From positions 32,001 through 96,000 of the IMG/VR virus record IMGVR_UViG_3300037851_000542: a stretch of DNA of 64,000 nucleotides; one strand, given 5' to 3'. This DNA is from a virus. Lineage: Duplodnaviria; Caudoviricetes. The notes under the pieces are model-generated. The model was given only the letters and a program-made list of their open reading frames with translations. It did no database searches and was not told the origin of the DNA. Made by a program: the position numbers and the translations under genes. This document shows, piece after piece, positions 19,109 to 30,276 of the stretch; positions within the stretch are counted from its first letter, which is position 1; each line of letters opens with the position of its first letter.

Positions 19109-19882
19109 ATGATAATTAAAATAAAAATACTTCTATTAATTTTAGTAACTATTTGTACTACAGCAACTGCTCAAGAAGTTGTTCCGGAAACAATAGTAGT
19201 TAACATACATACCAAATACTTAAAGGAGGTGATATTTGCTTACGCTGATTACGATCCTAATGAAAGTGGTACCTTAAATAAAAGTTCTTCCATTCGTACC
19301 GTAGTTGTCACAAAAGATTCTAAAGTTTATTTCAGTGAGCCTTTTGATTCTGAAGATACAGAATTAACCAGATTTCTTGGAAACTGGATGAAGCCCTACT
19401 CTGGAGAGTATAGAATGGTTACAGATGGTTTTGGTAGAATTTTTGTTAAACCGTCTCTTTGGTGGTATGAGGATGATCAAGTAAAAGAGCACCAATTACT
19501 ATATGAGGATGAGTTTGGAAAGCAGTATAAACGTGTTAGTCCAAAAGATGCTCCAAGTTCATTAAAAAACTCTTGTAAGTGTATAGATATTACTCATCAA
19601 ATGTTTCACGCGCAAAAGCATAATTTAGAAATTGTGACTTATGATTTAGAAAATAATGATTGGGATAAATTAGTTAGAACTCTAGACCGAGAAGAACTTA
19701 GTCTTGCAACTGATGAAGTAAGATTACAAAAGTATATAGATAATGGTTACTCAGATACTAGCATTTTTTACCAAGTATTTCCAACTTTAATAACAGCCTT
19801 TTTACTGAGCTTTATCCCAGTAATTGTAATTGTACTTATCGTGATAATTCTCCTCTATCTTCGCGCTGCTACCTGGAGGTAA
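19109..19882 (+). CDS. membrane-anchored exported protein
   Basis: N-terminal signal peptide, C-terminal TM helix. Confidence 0.65.
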   Translation: MIIKIKILLLILVTICTTATAQEVVPETIVVNIHTKYLKEVIFAYADYDPNESGTLNKSSSIRTVVVTKDSKVYFSEPFDSEDTELTRFLGNWMKPYSGEYRMVTDGFGRIFVKPSLWWYEDDQVKEHQLLYEDEFGKQYKRVSPKDAPSSLKNSCKCIDITHQMFHAQKHNLEIVTYDLENNDWDKLVRTLDREELSLATDEVRLQKYIDNGYSDTSIFYQVFPTLITAFLLSFIPVIVIVLIVIILLYLRAATWR

Positions 19883-19887
19883 ATAAC

Positions 19888-19914
19888 TAAAGTTTATTTT
19901 AATTTGCTCCGATA
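19888..19914 (+). promoter_or_regulatory. sigma28-like promoter
   Basis: cTAAAgt, 16 nt, TCCGATA. Confidence 0.75.
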
Positions 19915-20393
19915 TAATTAATTAGAAGAAGATTTGTTATAAACTTAAATAAGGATATATAAAATGTCGCTTGAACATGTAAAAGACTACCTAGAAACTT
20001 TACCTCAAATTAAAGGAATTGAATTAGTACTTCATAGTTATGCTAGCATCTGCGATGCTTACGGCAATATCATTGTTGGAGCAAATGGTTATATTACTAG
20101 AAAAGACTATTTTTCTATCCACGAGCGTATGCAAATCTTAAAAGAGCTAGACCGACCGGAAGAAAAGATGAGAGTTAGTGAGTTTTTACTGGCTCATCCA
20201 GAGATATCACGTAGAGCAGACGATGAGTACTGTATAGCAGTAAAAGGCATCGCTACTATTTATGCTGTGGTGCGCCCAGAAGAGGAAGGAGATAAACCGG
20301 GACTCTGGTGGGGCTCTTCTTGGTGGGATGACTTGTCCCCTTCTGTTTTACGCCGTATAGCAGAAGCTAAAGAGTTATTAGAAGAAGGAGAGC

Positions 20394-20780
20394 TTGTACA
20401 TGGTTAAAGTTGAACCTGAAAAAAACAATACTGAACATTTAGATAGGAAAATTCAAGAAAGATTAGAACATTTAAAGTCTCTAGAAAAAGGTTGGTACTG
20501 GGATGGAGAAGGAGAGCCTGTATCTGAAATAGCAATTAATGAAGCTAATAAATTAATAAGTGCAAGACCAGACCTGAAATCGTATTACCGATTGTATCCT
20601 GTACCAGAGGGTGGCATTTCTATAGAGTTTGAAAAATCAAATTTATTAATATCAATTTATATTAATAATGATGGTATTGTTATAGCAGATCAAAGTGGTA
20701 TAGCTTCAGAAAGAGAATTTGAAGGTGAGTTTACTGGGGTTAATGCAGAGTTTTTAGCGTTATTTAATAAATATGTCTAA
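20394..20780 (+). CDS. hypothetical protein (LKSLEKGW..DGE..P family)
   Basis: similar fold pattern to 40278..40640. Confidence 0.55.
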   Translation: MYMVKVEPEKNNTEHLDRKIQERLEHLKSLEKGWYWDGEGEPVSEIAINEANKLISARPDLKSYYRLYPVPEGGISIEFEKSNLLISIYINNDGIVIADQSGIASEREFEGEFTGVNAEFLALFNKYV

Positions 20781-20804
20781 AGTTATTCTCTATTAGCGCC
20801 GATA
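20778..20804 (+). promoter_or_regulatory. sigma28-like promoter
   Basis: cTAAAgt, 16 nt, GCCGATA; overlaps upstream TAA. Confidence 0.8.
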
Positions 20805-21155
20805 TAAATAATATAAGATTTATGGAGTAATAAATGAAATTGCCAGAACTTACCTGTCCAAAAATTGATTATATTGCAGAAGCTATTAAATCTAGTTTAA
20901 AAAATTGTGATAAAATTGAGTTTTATGAATCTTGGGCAGAAACTCCTGAGCAGTATTCAAAAGAAATACAAGAACTTAAAGATCGAGCCCGTGAAATTTC
21001 TTGGAAACTAAGTGATTTAGAAAGTACCTTAGAAGAAGTTAGGTCAGCTAATAAAGAATTAAGGGAAAAAGCTTTAGAGTATATGGATTTATATTTAGAA
21101 CTTTTTAAAGAAAAAAGTAAGGAAAAACAAGTAGCAGGAATAACTATTTATTGTT

Positions 21156-21629
21156 ATGATAAGGATTAATATGGGATTTTTTAGTTGGAAAACAGCAGAT
21201 ACAAATCTTAGTATTCCTAATATACACTCGTGTCGTAAAACTTTTACGGTTTATATGATTACAGAAGATAAAATTTGGGAAGAAACCAGCTATAACGGCT
21301 ATGGAATCTTCGGAGGTAAGGATATTTATGCCCTTATAGTTGAAATGAATGGTTTAGTACCAGAAGGGTTAAGCACAGAAGATGAGAATTATGAAGAGGT
21401 AATTAGGGACAAGGGTATAGGTTTAATATTTAATAATAACCCCTCCGGAGATTTTGAAGTTGCCGCAAATAACGGTATTAAAGTACCTAAATTAGTTGAG
21501 AATAAAGGGGTTAGATATGATGAAGTAGGTCATAGTGCCCCTTGTCTAGATCAAGGCTTTTTCTATGACAACGATGATTCAGCTATTGACGCAGATTGGG
21601 ATACTGATTATGACGGCTGTGGTGGATAA
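21156..21629 (+). CDS. conserved phage hypothetical (MGFFSWKT..YxGYGxFGGKDxY)
   Basis: motif pattern. Confidence 0.6.
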   Translation: MIRINMGFFSWKTADTNLSIPNIHSCRKTFTVYMITEDKIWEETSYNGYGIFGGKDIYALIVEMNGLVPEGLSTEDENYEEVIRDKGIGLIFNNNPSGDFEVAANNGIKVPKLVENKGVRYDEVGHSAPCLDQGFFYDNDDSAIDADWDTDYDGCGG

Positions 21630-21673
21630 AGGATAAAATTAAGCATATAATTAATTTAAAAATAAAAGGAAAA

Positions 21674-22156
21674 ATGAAAAATAAAATAGTACTAGCACTT
21701 TTAATTACAGCAGTAGGTTGCACCCCTATGGCTAAAAGGACAAACTCTATTGAAGGTGGGTGGGTCTCTAAACCTTTAAATAAGCGAACATTTTACATAA
21801 GCTACCAGGGTAATTATTTAACTAGCAACACTACAGCAGAACAATTAGCTCTTGACCAGGCGCACAATACTTGTTTAAAAGCAGGAAATTCAGGAGAATT
21901 TAAAATAGTAAACGGCAGTACAACATCGTCGCATCTCCAAATTGGAGCATTTATGGCTTCGGTGTCACTGGATAAACCGACTGCTTCATACATTATAGAG
22001 TGTGAATCTACTCAAAGGTTAAATAACCTTGTAAATTATAGATTTAATACGCCTAAGACTATAGTGTCATATCCTGAAAATAATACTGGGACTATTAATA
22101 GGCAGAGATTCAACAAAGCTTGGGAAAAATATCTTAAAAATAACAGTAAGGAATAG
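21674..22156 (+). CDS. lipoprotein (CC0125/CC1285-like)
   Basis: lipobox LLITAVG|C; FYISYQGN..TS..A.Q.AL..A...C...G. Confidence 0.6.
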   Translation: MKNKIVLALLITAVGCTPMAKRTNSIEGGWVSKPLNKRTFYISYQGNYLTSNTTAEQLALDQAHNTCLKAGNSGEFKIVNGSTTSSHLQIGAFMASVSLDKPTASYIIECESTQRLNNLVNYRFNTPKTIVSYPENNTGTINRQRFNKAWEKYLKNNSKE

Positions 22157-22710
22157 TATTATGATTTACCTTTTAATAATTATATTTCATCATACTGGTA
22201 GAGCTGTTGCTATAGACCATATAGAATTCAATAGTAGTGCCAGCTGTGAGATCACAGCAAGCTCTGTGAGAAAGTTAGACCCAAGGATAGAAACATTTTG
22301 TGTATTTAAAGGTTAAATGAAATGAAGTGGTTTAAATATTTCTTATTAGGTCACAGCGATATAAATACTGTAATAGGCGATATTGCAGTAGCTGTATTAG
22401 AGTTAGAGGATTTGCTTAATATAAAAGAAAGACTTAAAACGTCTACTAAAGGCGTAACCTACGGTATTCTAGTAGATCATAATAAGTTAATTGTAGAATC
22501 TACTAAAAAACTTGTAGGTCTTATTGGAATAGTAAAAGCATTAGAAGATATAGACGGTAAAGATTATAGTAGTAGTTTTTCTAGAGTTGCACTTTTAAAT
22601 GCTGTATTAAAAAATGAACTACCTGCTTTTTTAAAGGAGCTAAGGGAGGTTACAACTATTAAACCAGATGTTACTAAGAGACAAATAATTACATTTAACC
22701 CAAATTAAAT

Positions 22711-24141
22711 TTAAATATAGTTCACATTATTATATAAAGCTTTTAATGTATTTTCTCTTTCAATGCTCCAATTAGTGAGCATTGAATGTGGGTTTGATTT
22801 ATCTTGATAATCTAGTACTACAGCTACTGCTTTTTCAGGTAAATATCTTAGTATTCTACCAGTACTTTGAATCATAGTTGTAGTATTCTTTCCTGTAAAA
22901 GGACCTACTAATTGAATAGCACTCAGTTGTGGAACATTAAAACCTGTATCAAATAACTTATAGGTACCCACAATAACATCTATAAGATTATCTTTAACTG
23001 CTTCTACATCTAAGTCTAATTGTTTGTGGTCTACTGAGAATCCACCTTTATTGTCTGATTTATATGGAAAGGATACACTTAGTCCTTGCTCCCTTAATAA
23101 ATTAGCTAATGTTTTACCGTGGTCTACTCTATTAACACACATTATAACTTTATGGTTTAAGGTTTTAACTAGGTTATATGTGTCTGTAATAATCATTAGG
23201 TTGCGCGGAATGCTATTACTGATATCTTCTTCTAAGGAGTGTTTAGCTTTGAACTTAGCCCACTGGGGCATACTGTTACTAAAGTTATAGTAAAAGTTTA
23301 AGTTTGTTTTTCTAATCATACAGACTGGTGTTAGTCTCTTGGGTATTGATGTTTCTGGTATATGGACTTGTATTGGACCAAAAAGGGCTTCCATTAATTT
23401 ATTTTTCTGTTCATCTCTATAATGTTCTGGTGTGGCAGAAAACCCATATAATCTTTCTGCGCCCAGATTTAAAATAGCATTTCTACTTGTTAAGGCACTA
23501 CTAAAATGAACCTCATCATAGAGAACCATATAGAACTGATTCCTGAGCCTCTCAATATCAAAAGAGGACTTTCCAATAGTTCTTAAAGATCCTACTGTAA
23601 TAGGTTTTATACTAAATTGCTTTTGTTTTATTAGTCCAATATCTTCTTTTGGTATGCCTAATACTTTTTCTACTTCTCTAGTAAATTGTCTAAGTAGTAT
23701 GTCTTTGTCTGCTAAGAATAAAATAGGACCTTTATTCTGGAGCCCTATTATTAGATTCATACAAATAGTTTTACCTGAGCCTGCAGCGCTTTGAAATCTG
23801 CCTACTTTATGCTTTAATAAGCTTTTTACAGCATCTCCTTGGTAAGCAAAAGGACCTGTAGTATAATTTATATTAGGACTTATTCTAAAACTTTGATCAG
23901 TATATTTATGTTCCTGATCTTCTAATTTATAACTTAGGTTAGCTTGTTCCAGGTATTTAATAAGATTATATAAAAGACCCCTTGGTATTTTTACATAATC
24001 TTTGTCTTCACTGTAAAGATTAACGTATTCTACTTGTTCATCTGACTCTAAAGTAAAATAACAATCTGATTGTAATCTTTGTCTTATAATAAGAGGAAGG
24101 TTATAAACATATAACCCATCCTCGATTTTTATGGTGACCAT
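22711..24141 (-). CDS. SF2 DEAD/H-box helicase
   Basis: SAAGSGKT, DEVH, SAT, FDTGFNVP, QSTGRILR. Confidence 0.9.
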   Translation of the reverse strand: MVTIKIEDGLYVYNLPLIIRQRLQSDCYFTLESDEQVEYVNLYSEDKDYVKIPRGLLYNLIKYLEQANLSYKLEDQEHKYTDQSFRISPNINYTTGPFAYQGDAVKSLLKHKVGRFQSAAGSGKTICMNLIIGLQNKGPILFLADKDILLRQFTREVEKVLGIPKEDIGLIKQKQFSIKPITVGSLRTIGKSSFDIERLRNQFYMVLYDEVHFSSALTSRNAILNLGAERLYGFSATPEHYRDEQKNKLMEALFGPIQVHIPETSIPKRLTPVCMIRKTNLNFYYNFSNSMPQWAKFKAKHSLEEDISNSIPRNLMIITDTYNLVKTLNHKVIMCVNRVDHGKTLANLLREQGLSVSFPYKSDNKGGFSVDHKQLDLDVEAVKDNLIDVIVGTYKLFDTGFNVPQLSAIQLVGPFTGKNTTTMIQSTGRILRYLPEKAVAVVLDYQDKSNPHSMLTNWSIERENTLKALYNNVNYI

Positions 24142-24150
24142 TTAAGGATA

Positions 24151-25032
24151 TCACATAGTAGGCATAACAGCACTAGGTAAACTGTTACCTAACGCATTCT
24201 GAATATTATTTACATCCTGTTGATTTGCCGGTTGAACTTGAGGCACTGGATTATGAATAATCACTTGCTCTTGTTGCTGCGGAACAACCTGCTGCTGTTG
24301 CACATACTGTGGCTGCTGAACAGCTTGAGTAGGCTGTACGTATTGTGGCTGCTGAGGTTGATGCGGCACAAACTGTGACTCTACAGGAGTCTGCACGTAC
24401 TGTGGCTGTTGCTGAAGCGCTGTGGATGGTGCCTGAACATACTGCTGCGTCTGAGGCTGTTGTACATACTGTTGCTGCTGTTGCTGTTGCTGTTGAGGAA
24501 CAAATTGCTGAGGTGCTGCCATAACTTGTGGAGGAGGTTGCATCCCAGGAGCATACACAGGCTGTTGCTGCTGCGGTTGTTGCATCTGCTGTTGTTGTGG
24601 GGCTTGACCTTGATTATCATTACTAGGTTTAGCAAAGATGTTTTTTAGCATAGCGTTAACTTTATCATCTATAACCATACCCTTAACGTAGGTAAGATTT
24701 ACATAGACTCCGCCACCTTCTCCACCTACTTCTTTTAAACTGAGCTGTCCGTTAACTGCTACCTTAACAGATTTATACATTTCACCTAAGTATGCATTTG
24801 GATTAGCTTTATCGTGATAAACATTGGCAATTGCAAGAGCAAATCTGTCTTGAGCTGGGTCTTTACAGAAGTATGAACAGTTAATTTTTCCGGCGGTAAA
24901 CTTATTTTCAACATCTTTCCCTAGACCATCTACATATACGGTGAATCCCATTATAGTACCGTTTTGATCTTGCTTAACTATCTTGGCAGGGTATATAACT
25001 TTACCAATAAATCCGTGACTAAATATATCCAT
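24151..25032 (-). CDS. putative SSB-like OB-fold protein with long Gln/Pro-rich tail
   Basis: N-terminal beta-rich 135 aa; C-terminal polyQ and QYVQ repeats; adjacent to helicase. Confidence 0.45.
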   Translation of the reverse strand: MDIFSHGFIGKVIYPAKIVKQDQNGTIMGFTVYVDGLGKDVENKFTAGKINCSYFCKDPAQDRFALAIANVYHDKANPNAYLGEMYKSVKVAVNGQLSLKEVGGEGGGVYVNLTYVKGMVIDDKVNAMLKNIFAKPSNDNQGQAPQQQQMQQPQQQQPVYAPGMQPPPQVMAAPQQFVPQQQQQQQQQYVQQPQTQQYVQAPSTALQQQPQYVQTPVESQFVPHQPQQPQYVQPTQAVQQPQYVQQQQVVPQQQEQVIIHNPVPQVQPANQQDVNNIQNALGNSLPSAVMPTM

Positions 25033-25061
25033 TTTTCTTTTCCTATCTGTAAAAATATACC

Positions 25062-25088
25062 TAAAGTTTTATCTTAATTGTTCCGATA
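25062..25088 (+). promoter_or_regulatory. sigma28-like promoter
   Basis: cTAAAgt, 16 nt, TCCGATA. Confidence 0.75.
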
Positions 25089-25487
25089 GAACATATGTGA
25101 TTAGAGTATATTAAAGCACAAGGGTAGAATATGCAAGTTAAAAACCAAGAAATTATTAAAAACTTAGTAACTTTATTAACAATCAGTGAAGAAATGTCTA
25201 ACTCTAAGGACAGTTCCTGTAAGTTTAATGCCTTTTTTTCTACGGTGCAATCAGAATTAGAAACTATTGGTAATCTCCTAGATCAAGTAAGAAATGACTA
25301 CATTGAACAAGTAAAGGACGGTACTATACAAAATGTATGCCAAAGTTTACTTGAAATATCAAATGTAAATTTAAATATAAATTACTCTCAGGAAAATGTT
25401 GCTTTATCGGATGAGTTTAATGTAAACTATAATACTGAAACAGTAGATTCAAGTTTATTCCTAACAGACCTGTCGGAACTAAATTAA

Positions 25488-26228
25488 ATGGAAAAAAGTA
25501 ATATACGTTATATTCTAACAATTGATTTAGAACTGACTTGTGATGATCACCCTAATTGGTCTCCAGAATTTCAAGAAATTATAGAAATAGGATGGGTTCT
25601 ATCTGATCTAGAATATAATATTATAAAAGAAGGTCAGTTCTTTGTAAAACCTCTAAGAAATAGGATAATATCTGATTATTGCACTAAACTTACAGGGATA
25701 ACACAAGAAGACGTAAAATATGAAAAAAAACTATCAGTTGCTGTACACAACTGGTATAATGAATTAGAGTGCCCTTCAAATGAGATAATGTTAGCTGGTT
25801 GGGGAAATGACGCTGAGTGGCTAAAAAAGGAATTAAAAGAGCAGGGTTATGATCTTGCATTTGATTATAATTATATTAATATAAAATTAGCTGACCAACT
25901 TTTATATAAGAGACCACAAGGTAGACGGGGCTTAAAAGCTGTTTGCGAAAGTTTAAACCTAAGTATGGAGTCTCCCCAACATAGGGCGCTTCCTGATGCT
26001 AAAACAGCGTTTAAAGTATTAAAAACTCATAAACTAGGTGTATTAGATTACGCTATTAGTAAGGATAGGACTTACAAACAAGCTCTCACTAGAAAATATA
26101 GTAATATGGTAGATAAACTAGTTAAAAGATCCAACCTGACACAAGAAAAATCATTAAAATTGCTACAATATACCGATTATGATTTTACTAAAGCTTTAAA
26201 CATTTTTAAACTTTTAAAAGAAGATTAA
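25488..26228 (+). CDS. DEDDh 3'-5' exonuclease
   Basis: IDLELTC, EIIEIG, WGNDAEWL, HRALPDA. Confidence 0.85.
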   Translation: MEKSNIRYILTIDLELTCDDHPNWSPEFQEIIEIGWVLSDLEYNIIKEGQFFVKPLRNRIISDYCTKLTGITQEDVKYEKKLSVAVHNWYNELECPSNEIMLAGWGNDAEWLKKELKEQGYDLAFDYNYINIKLADQLLYKRPQGRRGLKAVCESLNLSMESPQHRALPDAKTAFKVLKTHKLGVLDYAISKDRTYKQALTRKYSNMVDKLVKRSNLTQEKSLKLLQYTDYDFTKALNIFKLLKED

Positions 26229-27634
26229 TTTTAATGTACAGTGATCAATTAGACCTTTGTGTAAAAAACATTCTTTTTTTAGAAGACCAGCTACTAAAAT
26301 TAGCTGCCAGAAAGGATCTTCCATCTTTTGTTTATGGTAGACTAGAACAACATTTAGAAATAGTTAAAGTTCAGAAAAAAAATGTAATTAGAATGAATAC
26401 TTTAATTAAACAAAACTATGAATCTGATGAGATCTTTCAATGTTCGGCTAGAATTAAAGCACTTGCTGAGATGATCAATAGAGACTGTCTAGATATAATT
26501 AACACTTTAAAAAACAAACAAAATCCTAAGGAAAGCGAAAACAATGAAAATTAAACTAACAGTAACAGATACAAAAAAACCTATGAAGTTTCAAACCAGA
26601 CAAGGGAATTTAACCTCTTTTGATAGCGACCCTGCTACTGACTACTCGCATGTTACATTTGGGTTTGAAGATGCAACACCAGTCTCAATAATTTTTAGTA
26701 TACCTGATATGCCAGTTATTTTACAGCTAAAAGATGACTTCCTTAAAGGTAAAATTGGAGGCACTTATAAAATTAATACTTCTGAAATCACAATTGTTAA
26801 AGTTAACTAGTAGAAATTTAATGGACTATACTGAAAAGAAAATATATAAAATAACTGCATCTATAAAAGCCCTTTACTCTGGAGTAGAAATATCTTACCC
26901 TCCTTATGGACACATAGTTATGTTCAAGGAAGGGGAGCCTATTACTACAAACGGTAAGACTTTTGTACTGCACGAAGATACTTTGTTTGTAAAATATATA
27001 AACAAAGAAGGGGAGATTACTTTTTCTAATTTTTATTTATTAAATATAAGTGGGTTCTTTAATTTCTTGGCAGAACTATCAGATCACGAGTTAGCTATTT
27101 ATACGGGACAAGCTATATTAAATACAAACAACTTTAAATAACTTTAACTAACCACCAAGTATTGCTATAATCTTTAAAGTTACGTATTATTTTAACCTGT
27201 TTGTTGTTTTTAAGACACATTATATAAAAATCAGCTAAAGGGTTATCTATTTTTTGGTATAACTTCTTTATGTTATATAAAGTCCCATTGCTATAGAGTT
27301 GATAATATTTATATTTTCTTACTATATCTTTATAGTCCCTTATACCTACTTCTAGGTCCCTAAAGGCGGTTTTTATATTTGGTTTTTTTAAAAGCCCCCA
27401 AATTACTTTATACTGACCGGTCGTTCTTAACTGTCTGTGCTTTGATTGGGTCTGTAAATCAAAGTACTCTACTATAACCATATAATTTTTAACATAGATA
27501 CTAATAATATCGTATATTCTGCCACCACTTAAAAAGTAATAATGTTCTGGATCAATGTTATTAAACTGAGATAGATCTCTGGGGTTTAGGTCTGGAGACC
27601 TGCTTAATAATAGATTAAAGTCCATTGTTTTACT

Positions 27635-27668
27635 ACAATTTTCACAATTTTCACAATTTTCACAATTT
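27635..27668 (+). repeat. tandem 9-mer ACAATTTTC x3 plus partial copy, followed by AATTTACA/TGTAAATT inverted repeat
   Basis: copies at 27635, 27644, 27653, partial 27662. Confidence 0.85.
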
Positions 27669-27926
27669 GTGAGCTGTGAATTTACAGTTTGTAAATTGTA
27701 AATTTACTCAACGTTCTCATCTGATAAATCGCTTTCCAACATCACAGGTTGAGCGCTTTTAATTTTCCACATTGAATAAACATCAAATAACATACTGCCT
27801 ATAAGAAACATAAACAACAAAAAGAATAATACAAAAAAATCTCTGGCTATTACAAATAAGAACTTCACTTTTGTCTCCTGAAAAGGTATAATAAATAGAT
27901 ACATCTTCTTCAATTATATATAAAAA

Positions 27927-28505
27927 TTGGAACAATTTCAAATGGTTAATCCAAATAATTCTAAAATTTTAGTTATTGCAGGTCCTACTGGGTCAGGTAA
28001 AACCACAATTCAGGCTGAATTACTTAAAAGAAATCCTGAATCGCTGTGTAAAATTGTAACTTGCACCAGTAGACCCTTAAGATCCAATGAAAAACAAGGG
28101 GATCCTTATTGTTTTCTTAGCCAATCAGAGTTTGAGGATAAGATAAATAATGGTGAATTTTTAGAATGGGTTAAGTATGATAATAGCTACTATGGTACCC
28201 CTAAAGATGCTTTTTTGGGCTTAATAGCTACTCCAGTAGCTATTATGGACTTAAGAGGTGTTATAGAATTAATTGAATTATACCCTGATCGTACTGAAGG
28301 AATTTTAATTTATGCTGGCTTTGAAACCCTTAAATCTAGGTTAAGTAAAAGAACAGATTCTAGTTATGATAGAGCTTCTTTACTTTTAGCAAACGAGTTA
28401 GAAGAGTTTAAGGAAGTTGAAAATATATTTACTTTGGCTTTTGATAATGATATTTATGATTTAGATCATATTTGCACTTCTATAGAGAAGAAATTTCTTC
28501 TATGA
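27927..28505 (+). CDS. gmk: Guanylate kinase
   Basis: GPTGSGKTT, TCTSRPLRSNE..G..YCF, FLEW, YYGTP. Confidence 0.9.
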   Translation: MEQFQMVNPNNSKILVIAGPTGSGKTTIQAELLKRNPESLCKIVTCTSRPLRSNEKQGDPYCFLSQSEFEDKINNGEFLEWVKYDNSYYGTPKDAFLGLIATPVAIMDLRGVIELIELYPDRTEGILIYAGFETLKSRLSKRTDSSYDRASLLLANELEEFKEVENIFTLAFDNDIYDLDHICTSIEKKFLL

Positions 28506-29218
28506 CCCGATTTAATAACACAAAGTCTTTAACCTATAAAGAATTAGAATACTTATTACAGACTCAGAAATTCTTTAGGGTACTAAACGACAAGAATAAT
28601 AAGACCTATTTTTGTGAAGTAGAGGTAATTGATAATAATATTTGTTGCTTTAATACTGTTTCAAATAGGCTCATTTATAGGTTCCCCAAGGAGGAGCTGG
28701 GTATAAAGTATAAAATAATACCAGACTCTCATTATTTAAATTTTAAAAAAATACAATCTATAGGTGCAAAGGAGCTTACTGAGTTTTTACTAGGAGCAAA
28801 AAGAAAAGGTATTATTCACATCCCTGTAACAATTTATTTTGAGTGCAAGCCAAAGATTTATAACAAATGTGCTTTTCTAGACGTTACATATAGTAGCCTT
28901 ACTGATATAACAGAAGGGGACATTGAGTTAGGATACTTAAGTCCCGATATGACAACTAGACATAATTTAAAATTAGGAGATCTAGGGACAGCTTTTAAAT
29001 TACAAATACCTAAGGATTTTGTATTCTTTTCTACTCTGGCTAGCCGTAATAGTTTGAGAACCGTGAATACATTTTCCTCTGAGGAAAGCAGAAATATACT
29101 TAAGGTTATGTATGATTTAAAGTTCGGATTAAGAGGTTACGTACTAAGTAATATACACAGTGTAAAGTTACCATACTCCTCTAGTAACTATCCTGTAAAA
29201 TTTCTCTATCTGGTTTAG
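28472..29218 (+). CDS. hypothetical protein, ends FLYLV
   Basis: long ORF. Confidence 0.55.
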   Translation: MHFYREEISSMTRFNNTKSLTYKELEYLLQTQKFFRVLNDKNNKTYFCEVEVIDNNICCFNTVSNRLIYRFPKEELGIKYKIIPDSHYLNFKKIQSIGAKELTEFLLGAKRKGIIHIPVTIYFECKPKIYNKCAFLDVTYSSLTDITEGDIELGYLSPDMTTRHNLKLGDLGTAFKLQIPKDFVFFSTLASRNSLRTVNTFSSEESRNILKVMYDLKFGLRGYVLSNIHSVKLPYSSSNYPVKFLYLV

Positions 29219-29219
29219 A

Positions 29220-29552
29220 ATGCTTACCATAGATCAATTATATAACTACTGGGCGAAGTATCAACACACTACTTTTATAACTTTAAACAATGAAAATAGA
29301 CCTTACAAAGTAAGTTCTAACCCGCTTAGAGCGCCCTGGAAATTTAAATTAAAAGGGCATTGTATTTATATTGAAGAAAGATGTTTTGTTTTTAATAAAA
29401 TAAGGCACAATATGATAGGAAATGCCCTTATAATATTAGATCATAAAACTGAAACAGACTCTATAGAAACAGTGGTTATAAAACTGCCTAGGTTTTATAA
29501 CCAAGATGCTTTAATCACTGATCCTAGGATTAAAAAAATACATTTAATTTAA
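29220..29552 (+). CDS. hypothetical protein, ends IHLI
   Basis: coupled to previous ORF. Confidence 0.55.
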   Translation: MLTIDQLYNYWAKYQHTTFITLNNENRPYKVSSNPLRAPWKFKLKGHCIYIEERCFVFNKIRHNMIGNALIILDHKTETDSIETVVIKLPRFYNQDALITDPRIKKIHLI

Positions 29553-29857
29553 AGCAAATTGTAACCATTAGGATAAAGAGAATTATACTGAGCAATAAAC
29601 TGACGCTCTTTAATTCTTACCTCTGATAAAGTTAAACCTTCTTCTAAAACTTCCATAACAAAAGATTCTTTTCCCAGAAGTCTTATGGCTGAATATAAAG
29701 GTTTATTATAATACTTATGGTGATGTGATCCATAAGCAATTGAAAAATGTGTTAATCTTCTTCTATTAGCATCATTAGTAATGCCTATATAAACTCTGTC
29801 TGGTTTATTTGTTGACCAGAGTTTGTATAGTAGATATTGTTTACCTTGACATTCCAA
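29549..29857 (-). CDS. stand-alone GIY-YIG nuclease domain
   Basis: LLYKL..VYIGIT..RR..H..E..FI..YNS..PNGYN. Confidence 0.8.
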   Translation of the reverse strand: MECQGKQYLLYKLWSTNKPDRVYIGITNDANRRRLTHFSIAYGSHHHKYYNKPLYSAIRLLGKESFVMEVLEEGLTLSEVRIKERQFIAQYNSLYPNGYNLL

Positions 29858-30276
29858 TAGTTAGTTTTCTTTATTAAGTGTGCTTTTTAATTTCTTGTAC
29901 TCTGCAAGAGAATCTCTTTTCTTAATTTCTGGAGCGGCTTTAATTTCAACATTACTAGTCTGAACTTCAATATCAAAAATATCGTTTACTTTATTCAACT
30001 CAGAAAGTACACTTCTACTGACACTTAAGGTATTCACATTAGGTTCTTCCGTGAATTCAGGTGTATGAATAGGCTCATCAGAAAAGTATAGGTTTAGTTC
30101 AAAAATTAAAGCATCTTCTGAACTATCAAACCCGATAACTTTATAGCTTTCTATACCTATGTTTTTAGACCTTAATCCTGTGGGTAAGCTGGGCGTAACT
30201 TCTGAGACCAGAAACCGCCTAAAAACGGGGGTTTCTGGTATGAATACTTTTGAAATAGGCACTGTTATAGTTTTTT

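Noticed and set aside
24381-24648. ORFs overlapping the polyQ gene, and similar antisense ORFs inside prfA, rpsB and the tail fibres
   Set aside because: Alternative-frame artefacts of real genes; no SD or independent motifs.
19056-27668. Short tandem repeats as a possible CRISPR array
   Set aside because: Units are 7-9 nt with no spacers.
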